Shown: one piece after another, positions 52,646 to 64,000 of the stretch
Position numbering within the stretch: the first letter of the stretch is position 1
Layout of the letters: each line of letters starts with the position of its first letter
Source of the DNA: Auanema rhodensis
Lineage: Eukaryota; Animalia; Nematoda
Reading direction: 5' to 3'
DNA: 64,000 nt
Assembly: GCA_964057225.1 (NCBI GenBank)
Contig: OZ059898.1
Coordinates: 12,462,001-12,526,000, forward strand
Translations under genes and position numbers: made by a program
Notes under the pieces: model-generated
The model's input: the letters and a program-made list of their open reading frames with translations, nothing else
Told to the model about the DNA's origin: nothing
The model's database searches: none

Positions 52646-53033
52646 TTAAGCCATATAATGATGCATCATGCCTCCCATGGAGAGTGGATTCAATGGAGGA
52701 GCAGTACCAATTGCTGATGACATTGGTAAGTAGAGTGATACTTCGGGATTCATATGTGGCACCATTTGGAACTGAAAAACATACAAATTGATTGATATTA
52801 TGAAAATATACGTATGTATATGTATGTATAAGAAAGCTAATAATGATATATTTGTGATAATATATATAATAATATATGTGTAATCAACTAACCGGCATTC
52901 CATCCATTCCTATTAGACCTCCAGTTGGTGCCAAGTTAAGATCAGGACGTGAAGACATTGTGGAATAGTTATCTAATTCTGGCACTGCAACACGAAATAT
53001 ATAATTTTCAAGACTTGATTATGTGTTTTAAGC

Positions 53034-53069
<36 letters not shown>

Positions 53070-56000
53070 TATTAACTAATGTAGTTTTCGCGGAAAATCA
53101 ATTTGAAATTCATAAGAAATACGTGGAAGTTCACGTACGCGCACAAACATCAATTTCAACATTATTCGCAGAATGACAAGGTGTTAGAGCGGTTGCATTT
53201 CAGCTTTGTTTCATGGGTTTTTGAATAAACTTTATTTTGAAAAAAAAAGAATAGAAATTACCGTTATATGTCATTTCTGGAGGTTGATGATCAGCTTCTA
53301 TGGTTTGTTCAATGTATCCTAAACATCATCGTGATGATAATGGTGAGGAAGAAAGAAGAAGCAGAAGAAGAAACGTTAACGAACCTGTTGAGTATTGAGG
53401 GCTTTGGCCATTCAGACTACCTGATGGCGAATTACTATCACTATCTCCTTTGATGTTCTGATTCCATCGTCTTCCAGCATCCTTCTTTAATCGTTTCTCT
53501 TTTGCTCGTCTGTTTTGAAACCACACCTGCAAATAGGACAATGAGCATAAATCCAACGAGGAAGCTTTTTTTTTTCATTTTCATCAACTAATTGATACCA
53601 GTAATCTTTTTTTTTTGATAAGAATTCTTTTTTTGTTAAGTAAAATTCTAATTTATTATCACATCATCAACTACTATGTATACGCATAATAAGTATTTTG
53701 AATAGTAAAAAAGAAAAATGATGATAAGGTTGATGATAATAATATCAAATTTTTGGCGGAAATTAAGTGATGACTATAAATTATCAATTTCATATTCTCT
53801 TTGTTTCTCTCTTTTCTCTCTTCTCATCGTATGCTTTCTCGCTCTACACTACTCCCTTCTTATCTTTGTTTCAATATTCAGCATTCTTTAACTTATTTTC
53901 TCCTCAACTGCTCAATTCAAACCATTTCATCAACTGGTAGACCATTTTTGCTGCGGCTTACCCCGACCTGATTATAAAGTTTCCGGGAGCCATCAGCTTA
54001 TCCGCTTAGTAAACCGGTTGTCATGGATACCGTAGATGGTCCGTATCTTACAAAGGATACAGCAAGCTTTTAATGGTTCATCCATTCGAAATGAACAAAT
54101 TTGGAAAATATTATTTGCACAAACATATAGTGATAGATATATAGCTAGCATATTAGAATGCACGTGTTGTATATGTGTTTCTAATTGAAAATCAAATAGA
54201 TTGGGGGTATCTTGAATGCCGTTTTGACTGGATAGAACTCATCGGGTAGATAACGTAAATTTTAAATGTAATTTTCATTGCTCGTGTTCAATTTTACGAA
54301 TTTTATTTAATAATACAAGTATTTCCTTAAATGGTTTACCTGCACAACTCTCATATCTAATCCGGTTTCAGCTGCTAATTGTTCGCGAACATGTCTAGCC
54401 GGTTTGCTGCTCAGTTGATAAGCCTTAAGAAAATATGCTTCATTGACATCTATGAGTATATTTTGGAAAATTCATTTTAAACTTTTCAAGAAAATAAATT
54501 ATTAGTCAAGGTAAGATATTGACCTTGTTGAAATGCATCAAACAATTTGAAAAAAAAAAGAAAGAATTCGTTTTTGTAAAAAAACGAAAGTGATAACCAA
54601 CCTGTTTTAATGTCTCAAGACTTTTAGCAGAAATTGTGGTACGTGGTCGTTTATTTCCTCCATCCATATCGGAATCAGATGCTGAAAGAAGAAACATATA
54701 ACTCTCTATATAACAGCTACGATTTTCTATTTCTATAAGATGAATGAACTATTGTACATGGAGATATACGTAGATTATAGGATATAAATGGAAATTCGAA
54801 CAGTGGTCTTCTCTATCAATTATATGGAAACGATATATACATATATGTGCATATGTATGTGTGTGCAATATGATGTTGTATTTAGTGAATTTCATATTTT
54901 ATTATTTATCATATAAAATTACTTTAGAGAATTTGTCTGCAACTATCTGTTAATCTTGTAGACTAACTAAATAGTTCAATGACTAGCAAGATAGCTTCAT
55001 ATGCAGATGCTGCACAACATACTGAGAATGATAGTTTGTTGAAATAAAACGAAAGGTTGAAGAAAGTCTTGAAAAAGAAAAAATAATACAAAGATAGAGA
55101 GAAAGGGGTAGGGAGGAAAAGAAAGAAAGAGAGAGAAGAAGTAAAAAGACCAGGAGTCGAGATACGAGATTTGAATTATTAATCGGAGGCACGGCTCTCT
55201 TTCCAACCCTCCAACCTTCTACCACCCCCTTCACGTACTCCACCTCTCTAGCTTATGTTTCTCTCAATCTCTCCGCCTTTCAATTCACTTGGTTTGGCTT
55301 GGTGATATCCAAAGGCAGCTGGCCCGATTACCACCAGCCGTCGTTGTCAACGTAGTTCATGTCAGCCAAATGTGACCAAAGCGATCGGAAAGATTTTCTA
55401 ATGAACGAAACATATGAAGAACAAGCATGTGTTCAGCAGTTCTATGCTGTGTATGTGTGTTAAGAACACAAAGAATATGAATGAAATATACACATAATTT
55501 CCATAATATGTGATGATCATATGATAAACTAATATATTTCCTCAAATCTGGGTGAAGAGACTTTAAGCTTCAAAATCAATTCATGATATATATATATACA
55601 TATATATCATATGATGGGTGAGGAACTGGAAGTAAAGGCTTGAATTTGCAACTGATTTCCGGCTGACTTTCACGTTAATAATACTCAAACTGATTGATTA
55701 GAACAGATAAATCTTCTACGTTGTATGGTTGTGTATACAAAGACTTTTTCGATAATGAACTAAAGGTTGGCTGTATGTATGGAAAGACAGAAATACAAAG
55801 ATTTTCTCTATCAAGAGCTATATATGGCTGTAAAAGGAAGCGCGAATATGAAAGAGGGTAGTGATAGAGAGAGACAAGGAGAGAGAGAAAGAGAAATAGA
55901 GATAGAGAGAGAGGGGGAAATACAGATAGAGAGAGAGAAAAAAGAGATAGAGAGAGAATGAGAATGATTGAATGAAAAGTAGCACGAGTGATGAAGATTA

Positions 56001-57877
56001 TAAAACAAATGAGAGACGGAATACCAAGTTGCAACCCCTTTACATGGGAAAATCTTCCTGAAATTTAATAGTTGGACTGATTAAGAATAATTTCAGGTAG
56101 AAATGTTTTGTCGACGGAATTTTTCTTGGGAAAATGGAATAGAATTCTATCCATTGGAATTAAACAGTCAGCGTGAGCATATAGAGAGATATTTCTCTTT
56201 TAGATGATTAGATTGTTTGATGAAACTTTTAGAATATAAAGAGAAAGCAAGGATTGTGATGTAGATAAGTCTGATGAAAAGTGAATGCACCATCAGAGGA
56301 CTGGGTGAGATTGAGAGATGTGGTTCATAAAATAAAAGTCATTTTTCATGATATTCCAATTGAAGAAAAATTGAAAGTAAATCGAAATGGAGAAGAATTA
56401 TTAGATTAAGATAATTCATTATTATCAATTAAAAAAATAAAAGTTGAACGTTTTACAAGAGATTGTGGAGAAATGAAGTAAAGAGAAAATGATATCAGGT
56501 ACAGATGAAATTTGCTCTTTAAGCCTATAGTACCGCGATTGGTTTTGAAGTTGAATTGAATTACAAGGCAAAATGTAATGTAATAAGTGTGTATGTTACT
56601 AATATCTATTTATCAGTTCGAATTGAGCAATTTGCGATAAAACATGTGAGAATGGAATTAAATCTAAAAACGTTTGATACTACTGGTAGCAGTAAGTAAG
56701 CAACTAGCAGCAGAAGTAGTAAAAAGAGAAATTGAGAGAGGGAAAAAGAAAGAAAAAGAGAGAGAGAGATGAGGGAGAGGATGAGAAATGATTTTGACAA
56801 AAGGATATGCAACCTCTATATCTTCATGTTGCTGCTGTTGAATAAGCCATCATGAGGCAATTATTTGCAATTAAAAATAATTAGAAGATTATGTTGGGAC
56901 TGGCGGTGAAGCTGCTAATATAAGTTATCTGATTTCAGTCGCATGCTTAATCGCTCTGGAGGGAAAACTGAAACGCATAAAGAAATTTTGAAATGAGAAT
57001 GAATATGAAAGGTATATGTGAGATAATAAAGCCACGAGAAAATGGTGAGATGTATATAGAGAAGAGGGAATTAGAGAGACAGAAAGAACACGAAATAGAG
57101 AGAAAGAGACAAATTGAAACAGAAATGCAAAGAGAAAAAGAAAGAGAGAGAGAGAAATAGAGAGAGAAAGAGAGAGATAAAGATAGAAAAAGAGAAAGAG
57201 CGTTGTGAAGAGAGTAGAGAACGACCGTTCTATACGTATGCATCGTGAGAAATGATATGCTTACCTCACGTAAAGCTCACGTGAATTTGAAAACTCGATT
57301 GAAAGTCTAAAAATCAACTGATATCTGACCAGTTATACATATATGCTAGCTATTATCTATCGTATAGATTAACTTCTATACGTCTACATACTGTTAAGTC
57401 AAATACAGCAATAGAGGGTTGGGGCGGAGTTGAGAAGTTCATCTGTGGAAATTGTAAAACTACTAACTCGCTATTTTTATTATTTCATTTTACTGCGTGA
57501 CTTTGGATACTTTTCGGGTGAAACAGTTTAAAATCTCTTTTTCTGAAGTACGCTTGCTTTTGCTCTCATCAATTGTAGCAACAGATTCGTGGTTGACGAC
57601 AGCACTATTGAAAATTTGGATCATTTGGCTGTAAAAATAGCCAAATGATTACGTAAACGAGGAAAAAATACAATATTTCCATAAAGATATTTGCACTACA
57701 TAACAATATATGAATGTTGAACTGATAACTATGTTAGCATATCCAGATTTTGGATCAGTTGCTAAATGATATACTATATCTATGAAATATGAAAATTTGT
57801 ACTTTGAAAATTCAATAATTACGACATCAGTCTATCATTTTCTTCATCGTTTATTTCCGATGTCCTTTAGCTATATA

Positions 57878-57930
<53 letters not shown>

Positions 57931-60900
57931 GCATCATGGTGTTATCGTTATCTACCTTGAAGCAGTCTATCCTCATGATACTATCAATTAGTCGCAATCT
58001 TGCTTACCTCTCGAAGTCTCATACTATCTTCATGCTTTCATATAACATCTGGCTTGTTACCTTTCAACCAACAATTTCTCTCATTTCTTTTTTCCTCTTT
58101 TCTCAATCTGTTTCCCTCTTCTCATTCTATCTGTATATGTTCAGTTAATGAATGCTCCTAGAATGAAATCCGGTAAAAATTTATTTATTGTTGTCAGAGC
58201 TCGAGAAACATAAAGTAAATTTACTTTTTCAAAGTCGTAATATTTGCTAGAATGTTTTGTGTTTTATGATTTATCTGAACCATTAAACTTGAATACGATC
58301 TTGTCTCTCTCTCTCTTCTCTCTCTCTCTTCATTTGATTATACTATTCATACTAAATTATGATTACTACAATGACAGCTCAAAAGTTAAAAAAGAAACTC
58401 AAGGTTCAGACTGAAACAGAAAAGAGATTTAATCAGCTTATCAGATATTTAATAGCAGATGTAGATAAATTATTTAATTTAAATATATATTTATATATAT
58501 AAATATATATAAATAGTTAGTGGGAGACAAAGAGAGAGAGATAGAGAGAGAGAGAGAAAGTTAGTACATGCATGAATACTTATATACATGTGTATATAAA
58601 ATTATGCAATTATAGATGAATTGTTGTATATTTATATAGATTTCAATTTAATTTAATTTTTTTAAATTATTAATTCTGAATTATAATTGTCTCAGTGAGA
58701 ACAAATAATGAACTTTTTAAACTTTTAGTCTGAAATTTATTTAATTCGTTTAGCAAAATAAAAGAAACAGCAACATGGCTTGACTAATTAGTCGTGAGCA
58801 TGTTATAAAAAGTACGAAGAGGCAGTTAAAGTTAAAACAAGAGGAAAGAAAGCTTATCATAATTGGCTTTTGGTAGTAAACTTCAGAAATACAAGAGCGA
58901 GGGAGAGAGAGAGAGAGAGAGGGGTGAGCAAGGTAATACATATGCTTATATGTATATGAGAAATAGAACAAGAAAAAAAGAAGAAAAACGATTTTGAACA
59001 CGAACAAGCAGAATACGGTAAAACAGAAAATCTGAGTTTAGTTATATGGAATTGTTTCTGAAGATCTCACGACTAAGAGACATGAGCCTGTGACTTGATT
59101 GAACATACGAAGCCACAAATGAAATGGAGTCATGTGAATGTGAAAGAATATAAACTTTTTAGTTGAGAAATATTAGAAATACTGAATATGTATTCAGTAT
59201 TTCTATCAAATGTTCCTATTTTTTCTTTTCTTTTTTTTTCTATTCATATTCCTTTTTGGTGGTCAAAACTTAATAGAAAAAGAAAAAAAAAGAAACAAAA
59301 ACGAGTAAAGACTTAGAAATATTTGAAATGATTGACCAAAAAGTTTTATAAATATAAATTTAAATATATTATATTAATTATTATACTTTATAATATGATA
59401 TTGATCTTAATGAGAAATGAACAAAATATAAAATGAGACAAACTTTAGCAGATATTCAATTGAAATCACCTTATCATCAATGATCTCATAGAAATCTTTA
59501 TAATCATTTTATTTATTTCTGATTCAGTATACAAACTAGCTAGATTAGTAGAAGGCTAATTCTTTTGATCAAAAAGGGCTTCAAACTTACGTTTTTCCTT
59601 TGCTAACTCATAGTCTGCTTTACAGACCAGTCGGCCATCTTCTGGTATTAAGAAGAATTCATCTCCTGTTTTTAGTTCTCGTTTACAAATGACACATTGG
59701 AAGCATTTCACATGATAAATATGTGCTAAAAATAATATTTTTTTGGATAATTTGTAGCTCAAACATCAGAAAAAAATATGAAAAAAAGAAAATATAAATG
59801 TAAATGTAACTAACAAGCTGCTGTTCGAATTACAGAATCAGGAACTATACCATCACCACATCGTGAGCACTTAGTACCAAAAAGTCTATAATTAGCAATA
59901 TATATTTATAAATATTTTAGAGAAAATAAGGTTGAAAAGATGAATACTCACTTATAGAAATGATCACGGCAATAGAATTCGTCTGATCGTTGGTAACATG
60001 TAGATGATAACATTTCTTTGCAAACAGAACATCGTAAGCAATCCGAATGATATGATCTGAGGATTAAATATAAGTACAAGCTACTGTTTCAAAAGAAAAA
60101 TAAGAGAATCAGTTTGAAAAAGGTCAAAAAACGTTGCAATGAAAAGCAAATTTAGAACTCAAAGCCTGGAAAAAATGAACAACTTTACCTGTCTAATACT
60201 CGATGAACAAACTTTTCAGTTATAGGCATATCACAGACAAAGCAACGACATAACATGCAATTATCTGAAACATTTCATTATTTTAAAGTTCAATCGAAGT
60301 TAAAAAAAATCTTTTTTTTTACTAAAAAAAAGACCTGAACATGAATATTTTTCAAAAAATTGATAAAAGAGGGGAAAAATCTGCAGAAGGATGAGAAGAT
60401 GAAATAAAACAGGCAAATACAGAAACCTGAAAGTAAGTGAAATGGAGGTAAAATCTACTGAAATTGACATCCTTTTTGCTCTTCATCGTAAGGGTACTAC
60501 TGTTCAATTATTCCTGAACTTAGAGCCATACATGGATGGTTGACTCTTGCAAGCTGAGCAAGTCCATGCGATCAGCCGTAAAACAGCTTGAAAGATGCTG
60601 GAGCTCATCCGAAAATGGATGAATAAACGGCTATTTGATATGAAAAGCTGGATTTTGTTCCCATAAGCCTTCCTACACGATGTTTACAATCATTTCTAGT
60701 ACATGAAAGTTTTGTCAAAAATATAGTAATCTAGATATTTTCTAGTTCCGTCTTAAAACTCCTCCCTAATAACTGTTTGATATATTTTTTTTTCAAATCA
60801 GAATTTCTGTTGAACTTGAGAGAAATTTTAAAAAAAAGAAAGAATATATGTAGAAAGAGAGAGGGAGAGATAGAGAGAAAGAGAAAGAATAGCGTAGTTA

Positions 60901-63306
60901 CAGCTTTTCATTCTCTCAGCTATTCGTTGTTCCAACAAAAAAAATTAGCACTTCAACTCTATCGTGTGACTTAAATTCACGAAATTTTAGTTTTTGATCA
61001 GTATTTTTTGCAGCAAAAAAAAACTAAATGAACACTGCCATAAATAGTCGTGGAAATTCTCCACAAATCATTACATAACTCTTATCATTTTTTTTCTTTT
61101 ACGGTTCAATCGTTTCAACATATAGTTTTTCCTCTTTTTTTCTTCTCTTTTCTTTTGCTCAATTATTGTCCATATTCACCTATTCTGAAATGATCAATTT
61201 ACGTGAACTTCTCACGTAAAGTGCAACAGCTGTGTTAGAATAAGCAAATTACATCATCATTTACTATAAGTTATATTGACTTTATTGTTTTAAAAATAAT
61301 AAAATCAACTACTTAACACACAACACCTTAATCTGGTACTTATGTCAGGTCATCTAAGGTCTGTAGCACATCGATGTTTGTATTTTTATTTGCACGTTTT
61401 TCGTCTTACACTCCAATCTTTCTTATGTACCATGTTCATGTACTTTTTTTGTAGTTTTTTTTTTTTTTGATGGAAAAAATTATTTTTTTTTGAATTACCG
61501 TTCATTTTCATATGAAATGTATCGAATTTTCTCTAGTACGTTTGAAGGAAAATAACATAACATTCACAAGTGATTTGCAAAGAATCTCAAAGTACACTCT
61601 CCAATGATACGAGATATCAAGAGTCTATAGTAGAAGCAGAAAATGGAGATTAGGGGATCGGAAACAATCGTTTTTTCATGTTTTTTTTTGATAATGTGTA
61701 GGCTAAAAATTAATTTTTGACAACAGTTGTAGAAGGGTTGTCATGCAAAGACAACAAAGGGGAATTAGCTAAGAAGAAGAACATTTAGCTGTATGTAAGA
61801 TAGAACATGGATTAATGAGAGAATAAGTCAGAAAAATAGCTGAGAGATCTACGTATAAAGGTAAAGAGAAAGACACAACGTGTCATTCTATCGGAAGATA
61901 AACACGACAGATGTGGATGGGTTAACAGGTTGACTGCTTCTTCTTCCAGTCATGTTCACACCTTTTGCTTTGGTTCTGCCGAAAAACATGGTGAAAGCAT
62001 TAGAAGCAGCCTTGTGTCGTCGTCAAACCTCGCCCTCCCCTCTCCACTCTTTTTTCATTTTGTCATACTATGTCTTCTAGGGCTATAACAATGAAAAAAC
62101 TGAACGTTTTCCGAATATTTGTGTTTTCTTTCTAAGCTACACCAGTCGAGAAAGCAGAAGAAGTAACTACATAAGACCACGGATTTAAGTGATCACGTTA
62201 ATCGGCTCCAAGCATCATGTGATAGAAGATAGATGATTGCATACTGATCAAAATATCAAGAAAAAGAACTTATACTTACACGTTCGTGTTTCCAAGCTTC
62301 TATATAATGCTCAGCAGTCCGATAGTCGTCATTATCCGTATACTCAGCATTATAGGTTAAATTAAGCAAAACATGAACAGTAGATATTATTAAAAACTGA
62401 GCCAAATGAAGAGGGAGCAAGAGAATGATAGAGGGAGAGAGCAAGAGAAAGTAATACAGAAAACTGAAAAATGTCCAAATCCTCCTTATATCTTGTGTTT
62501 GTATAGTTAGCATGATTAATAGTACATCCATTAATGGATAATGGCTTAGTGGCTGTACCTAACCATACTAGGTGTGAATACCGTAACCACCAATTTTGGA
62601 TAGATTGAGCCATAAGGTGGTAACTGCTCACCTGCGCATCTCAGGTTTCAGTGAGTGATCAGTCAAAAAACACTAAAAGCAAGACAGCACTTGAGAAGAT
62701 CTAAGCTGAGCATTCAGTAATTGTTATAAAACTACTATAATCAGAGCATACTACATGACTTTTGACTCGAAATGATTTCTATTCAAGATATTCAAGCATT
62801 AAATCCTTGCCGGGACATGATTTTGAAGATTATCCTTTATCTATTAAACTGCTTCCAAACAGCTTTTTCTTGTTGTCTGATTTAAAATAGATAAATAGTC
62901 ACAATGTTGAGCATAATTGCCGCCGAAAAAAAAACTTATCCTATTGCACATTTGAGGACCATATCTTAACGACAACTATGATCATGCTGAAGTTGTTTAT
63001 GACCAACAACCAGCTGTTTCTATAGTTTATGACTTCTAGTTTATTTCTTTTTTAGATAATCCTATCATTTATTATAATTTTCAAATTATCTTTTACAACT
63101 GATTATCACGTGTGGTCCACGTGAGTTACGTCGATTGCTATTCATACGTGAGTGCAACATTTTCATTTTCTGCAGTTGAAACAAGCGGTTGATTATCAAT
63201 ATTCATCAACACTATATATCATTTTCCCTCAATTCCTTTCGAAGATCTCTACTCTTTCTTTCGTATATTCTTTTGATCCTCAAGAGTTCTCGTGCTCTCT
63301 CTCTTA

Positions 63307-63345
<39 letters not shown>

Positions 63346-64000
63346 TTCGTATTTCATTACCTTCTCTCTGCTCTCTCTTTCTATGTATGCTCCTACTTTT
63401 CATCTTGTCGATATTATCATTCCCCGTACTTTCAAATAGTTTTCCCAAAAAGTTTAAGAATGAAGGCACAGATATGAGAAAAAGTAATCGTGAAAGTACA
63501 AAAATCAGATTAAACTTGAATTAAATGGATGAAAACATATTCTATTTAAGGTATTCAACCTGTTGACAGCTGATTAGGATAGCCCAAAACGAGTGGTGGT
63601 GGGTTTAGCTTTGTAAGGATTCATCCATCTATATTTTCCAAAATAGGAACAGATCAATAGCTAGTAAAAGCTTCAGGATACAATGTTTTCAAACAATTAA
63701 AATGTTTTGTGAAAAATCAATTTAGAAGCTAAATAGAATTGGAATAAAAGCATGTGCTTTCTGATCAGTATGAGGATCGATGTTTTAAAAAAAAAAGATA
63801 GAAGAAAAGGTCAAAACTAATAAAATTTTAATTTTAATTAACTGGTTCTGCTTTAAATTAAGATCTATGATAGTCAATAGTAGAATAGAATATAATTGGA
63901 GAAACATACCTAAGGGAGGCTGAGCCTGGGACGTTGTGGCTGTAGGTGATACATCATTCAAGGGTTGGCTGGATGATTCTTCTGAAGCTCCTTCCAGTCT
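52646..64000 (-). CDS. ceh-14: LIM-homeodomain transcription factor, Lhx3/4 class (5' end outside window)
   Basis: Exons >64000-63910, 60264-60189, 60056-59952, 59885-59815, 59725-59591, 54681-54602, 54423-54340, 53526-53385, 53318-53262, 52984-52893 and 52771-52646 splice in frame. Two LIM domains ([18 protein letters not shown]; [18 protein letters not shown]) and homeodomain [65 protein letters not shown], diagnostic of Lhx3/4/CEH-14. Confidence 0.93.
57881..57926. repeat. (TC)n microsatellite in ceh-14 intron
   Basis: Perfect dinucleotide run. Confidence 0.9.
63309..63341. repeat. (TC)n microsatellite in ceh-14 intron
   Basis: Perfect dinucleotide run. Confidence 0.9.

Larger units (their letters stand above)
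1791..63191. other. Dispersed bipartite element: clustered TTYACGTRAA-like boxes plus an oriented CGGTTG box
   Basis: Instances at 1791-1853(-), 3729-3787(-, once per tandem unit), 25989-26041(-), 31347-31426(+), 37337-37497(+), 40210-40262(+), 45069-45144(+), 48363-48424(-), 53121-53195(+), 57222-57282(-, CGACCG variant), 63108-63191(+). ACGT pair without a partner box at 61201-61217. Confidence 0.7.

Noticed and set aside
55672-61541. Weak extra copies of the bipartite element (55672-55731, 61495-61541)
   Set aside because: The second box is degenerate (TGGTTG, TTACCG) and there is no closely spaced ACGT pair; cannot be separated from chance by eye.
62275-62360. Extra ceh-14 exon ending at a GTAAGT donor ([12 protein letters not shown])
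   Set aside because: The open frame ends in phase 0 with no clear acceptor or start, whereas the 63910 exon joins 60264 directly in phase 1.

Overview
AT-rich eukaryotic DNA with ~45-55 nt GT-AG introns and TTTCAG acceptors, almost certainly a rhabditid nematode. Most ORFs in the supplied track are exon fragments or noise; all gene models here were spliced by hand. Left to right: the 3' end of a Cys-rich gene (<1-276); a very AT-rich block with a small membrane-protein gene (470-992) and an Srx-type chemoreceptor (2045-3300); a six-copy 2599-bp tandem array (3632-19303) in which each unit holds an intact 127-aa orphan gene plus the last four exons of the neighbouring gene; a large multi-exon secreted EB-module/Cys-rich protein gene (18546-32283, minus); a ~14-kb gene-poor, (TC)n-rich stretch; a single-pass membrane protein gene (47665-49634); and the Lhx3/4-class LIM-homeobox gene ceh-14 (52646->64000, minus). 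The most unexpected signal is a dispersed bipartite element: 1-4 TTYACGTRAA-like boxes spaced 9-14 bp apart, lying ~37-66 bp (mostly 46-50 or 55-60 bp) from an oriented CGGTTG box. It recurs every ~2-6 kb independently of gene structure and also sits at the junction of every tandem unit.
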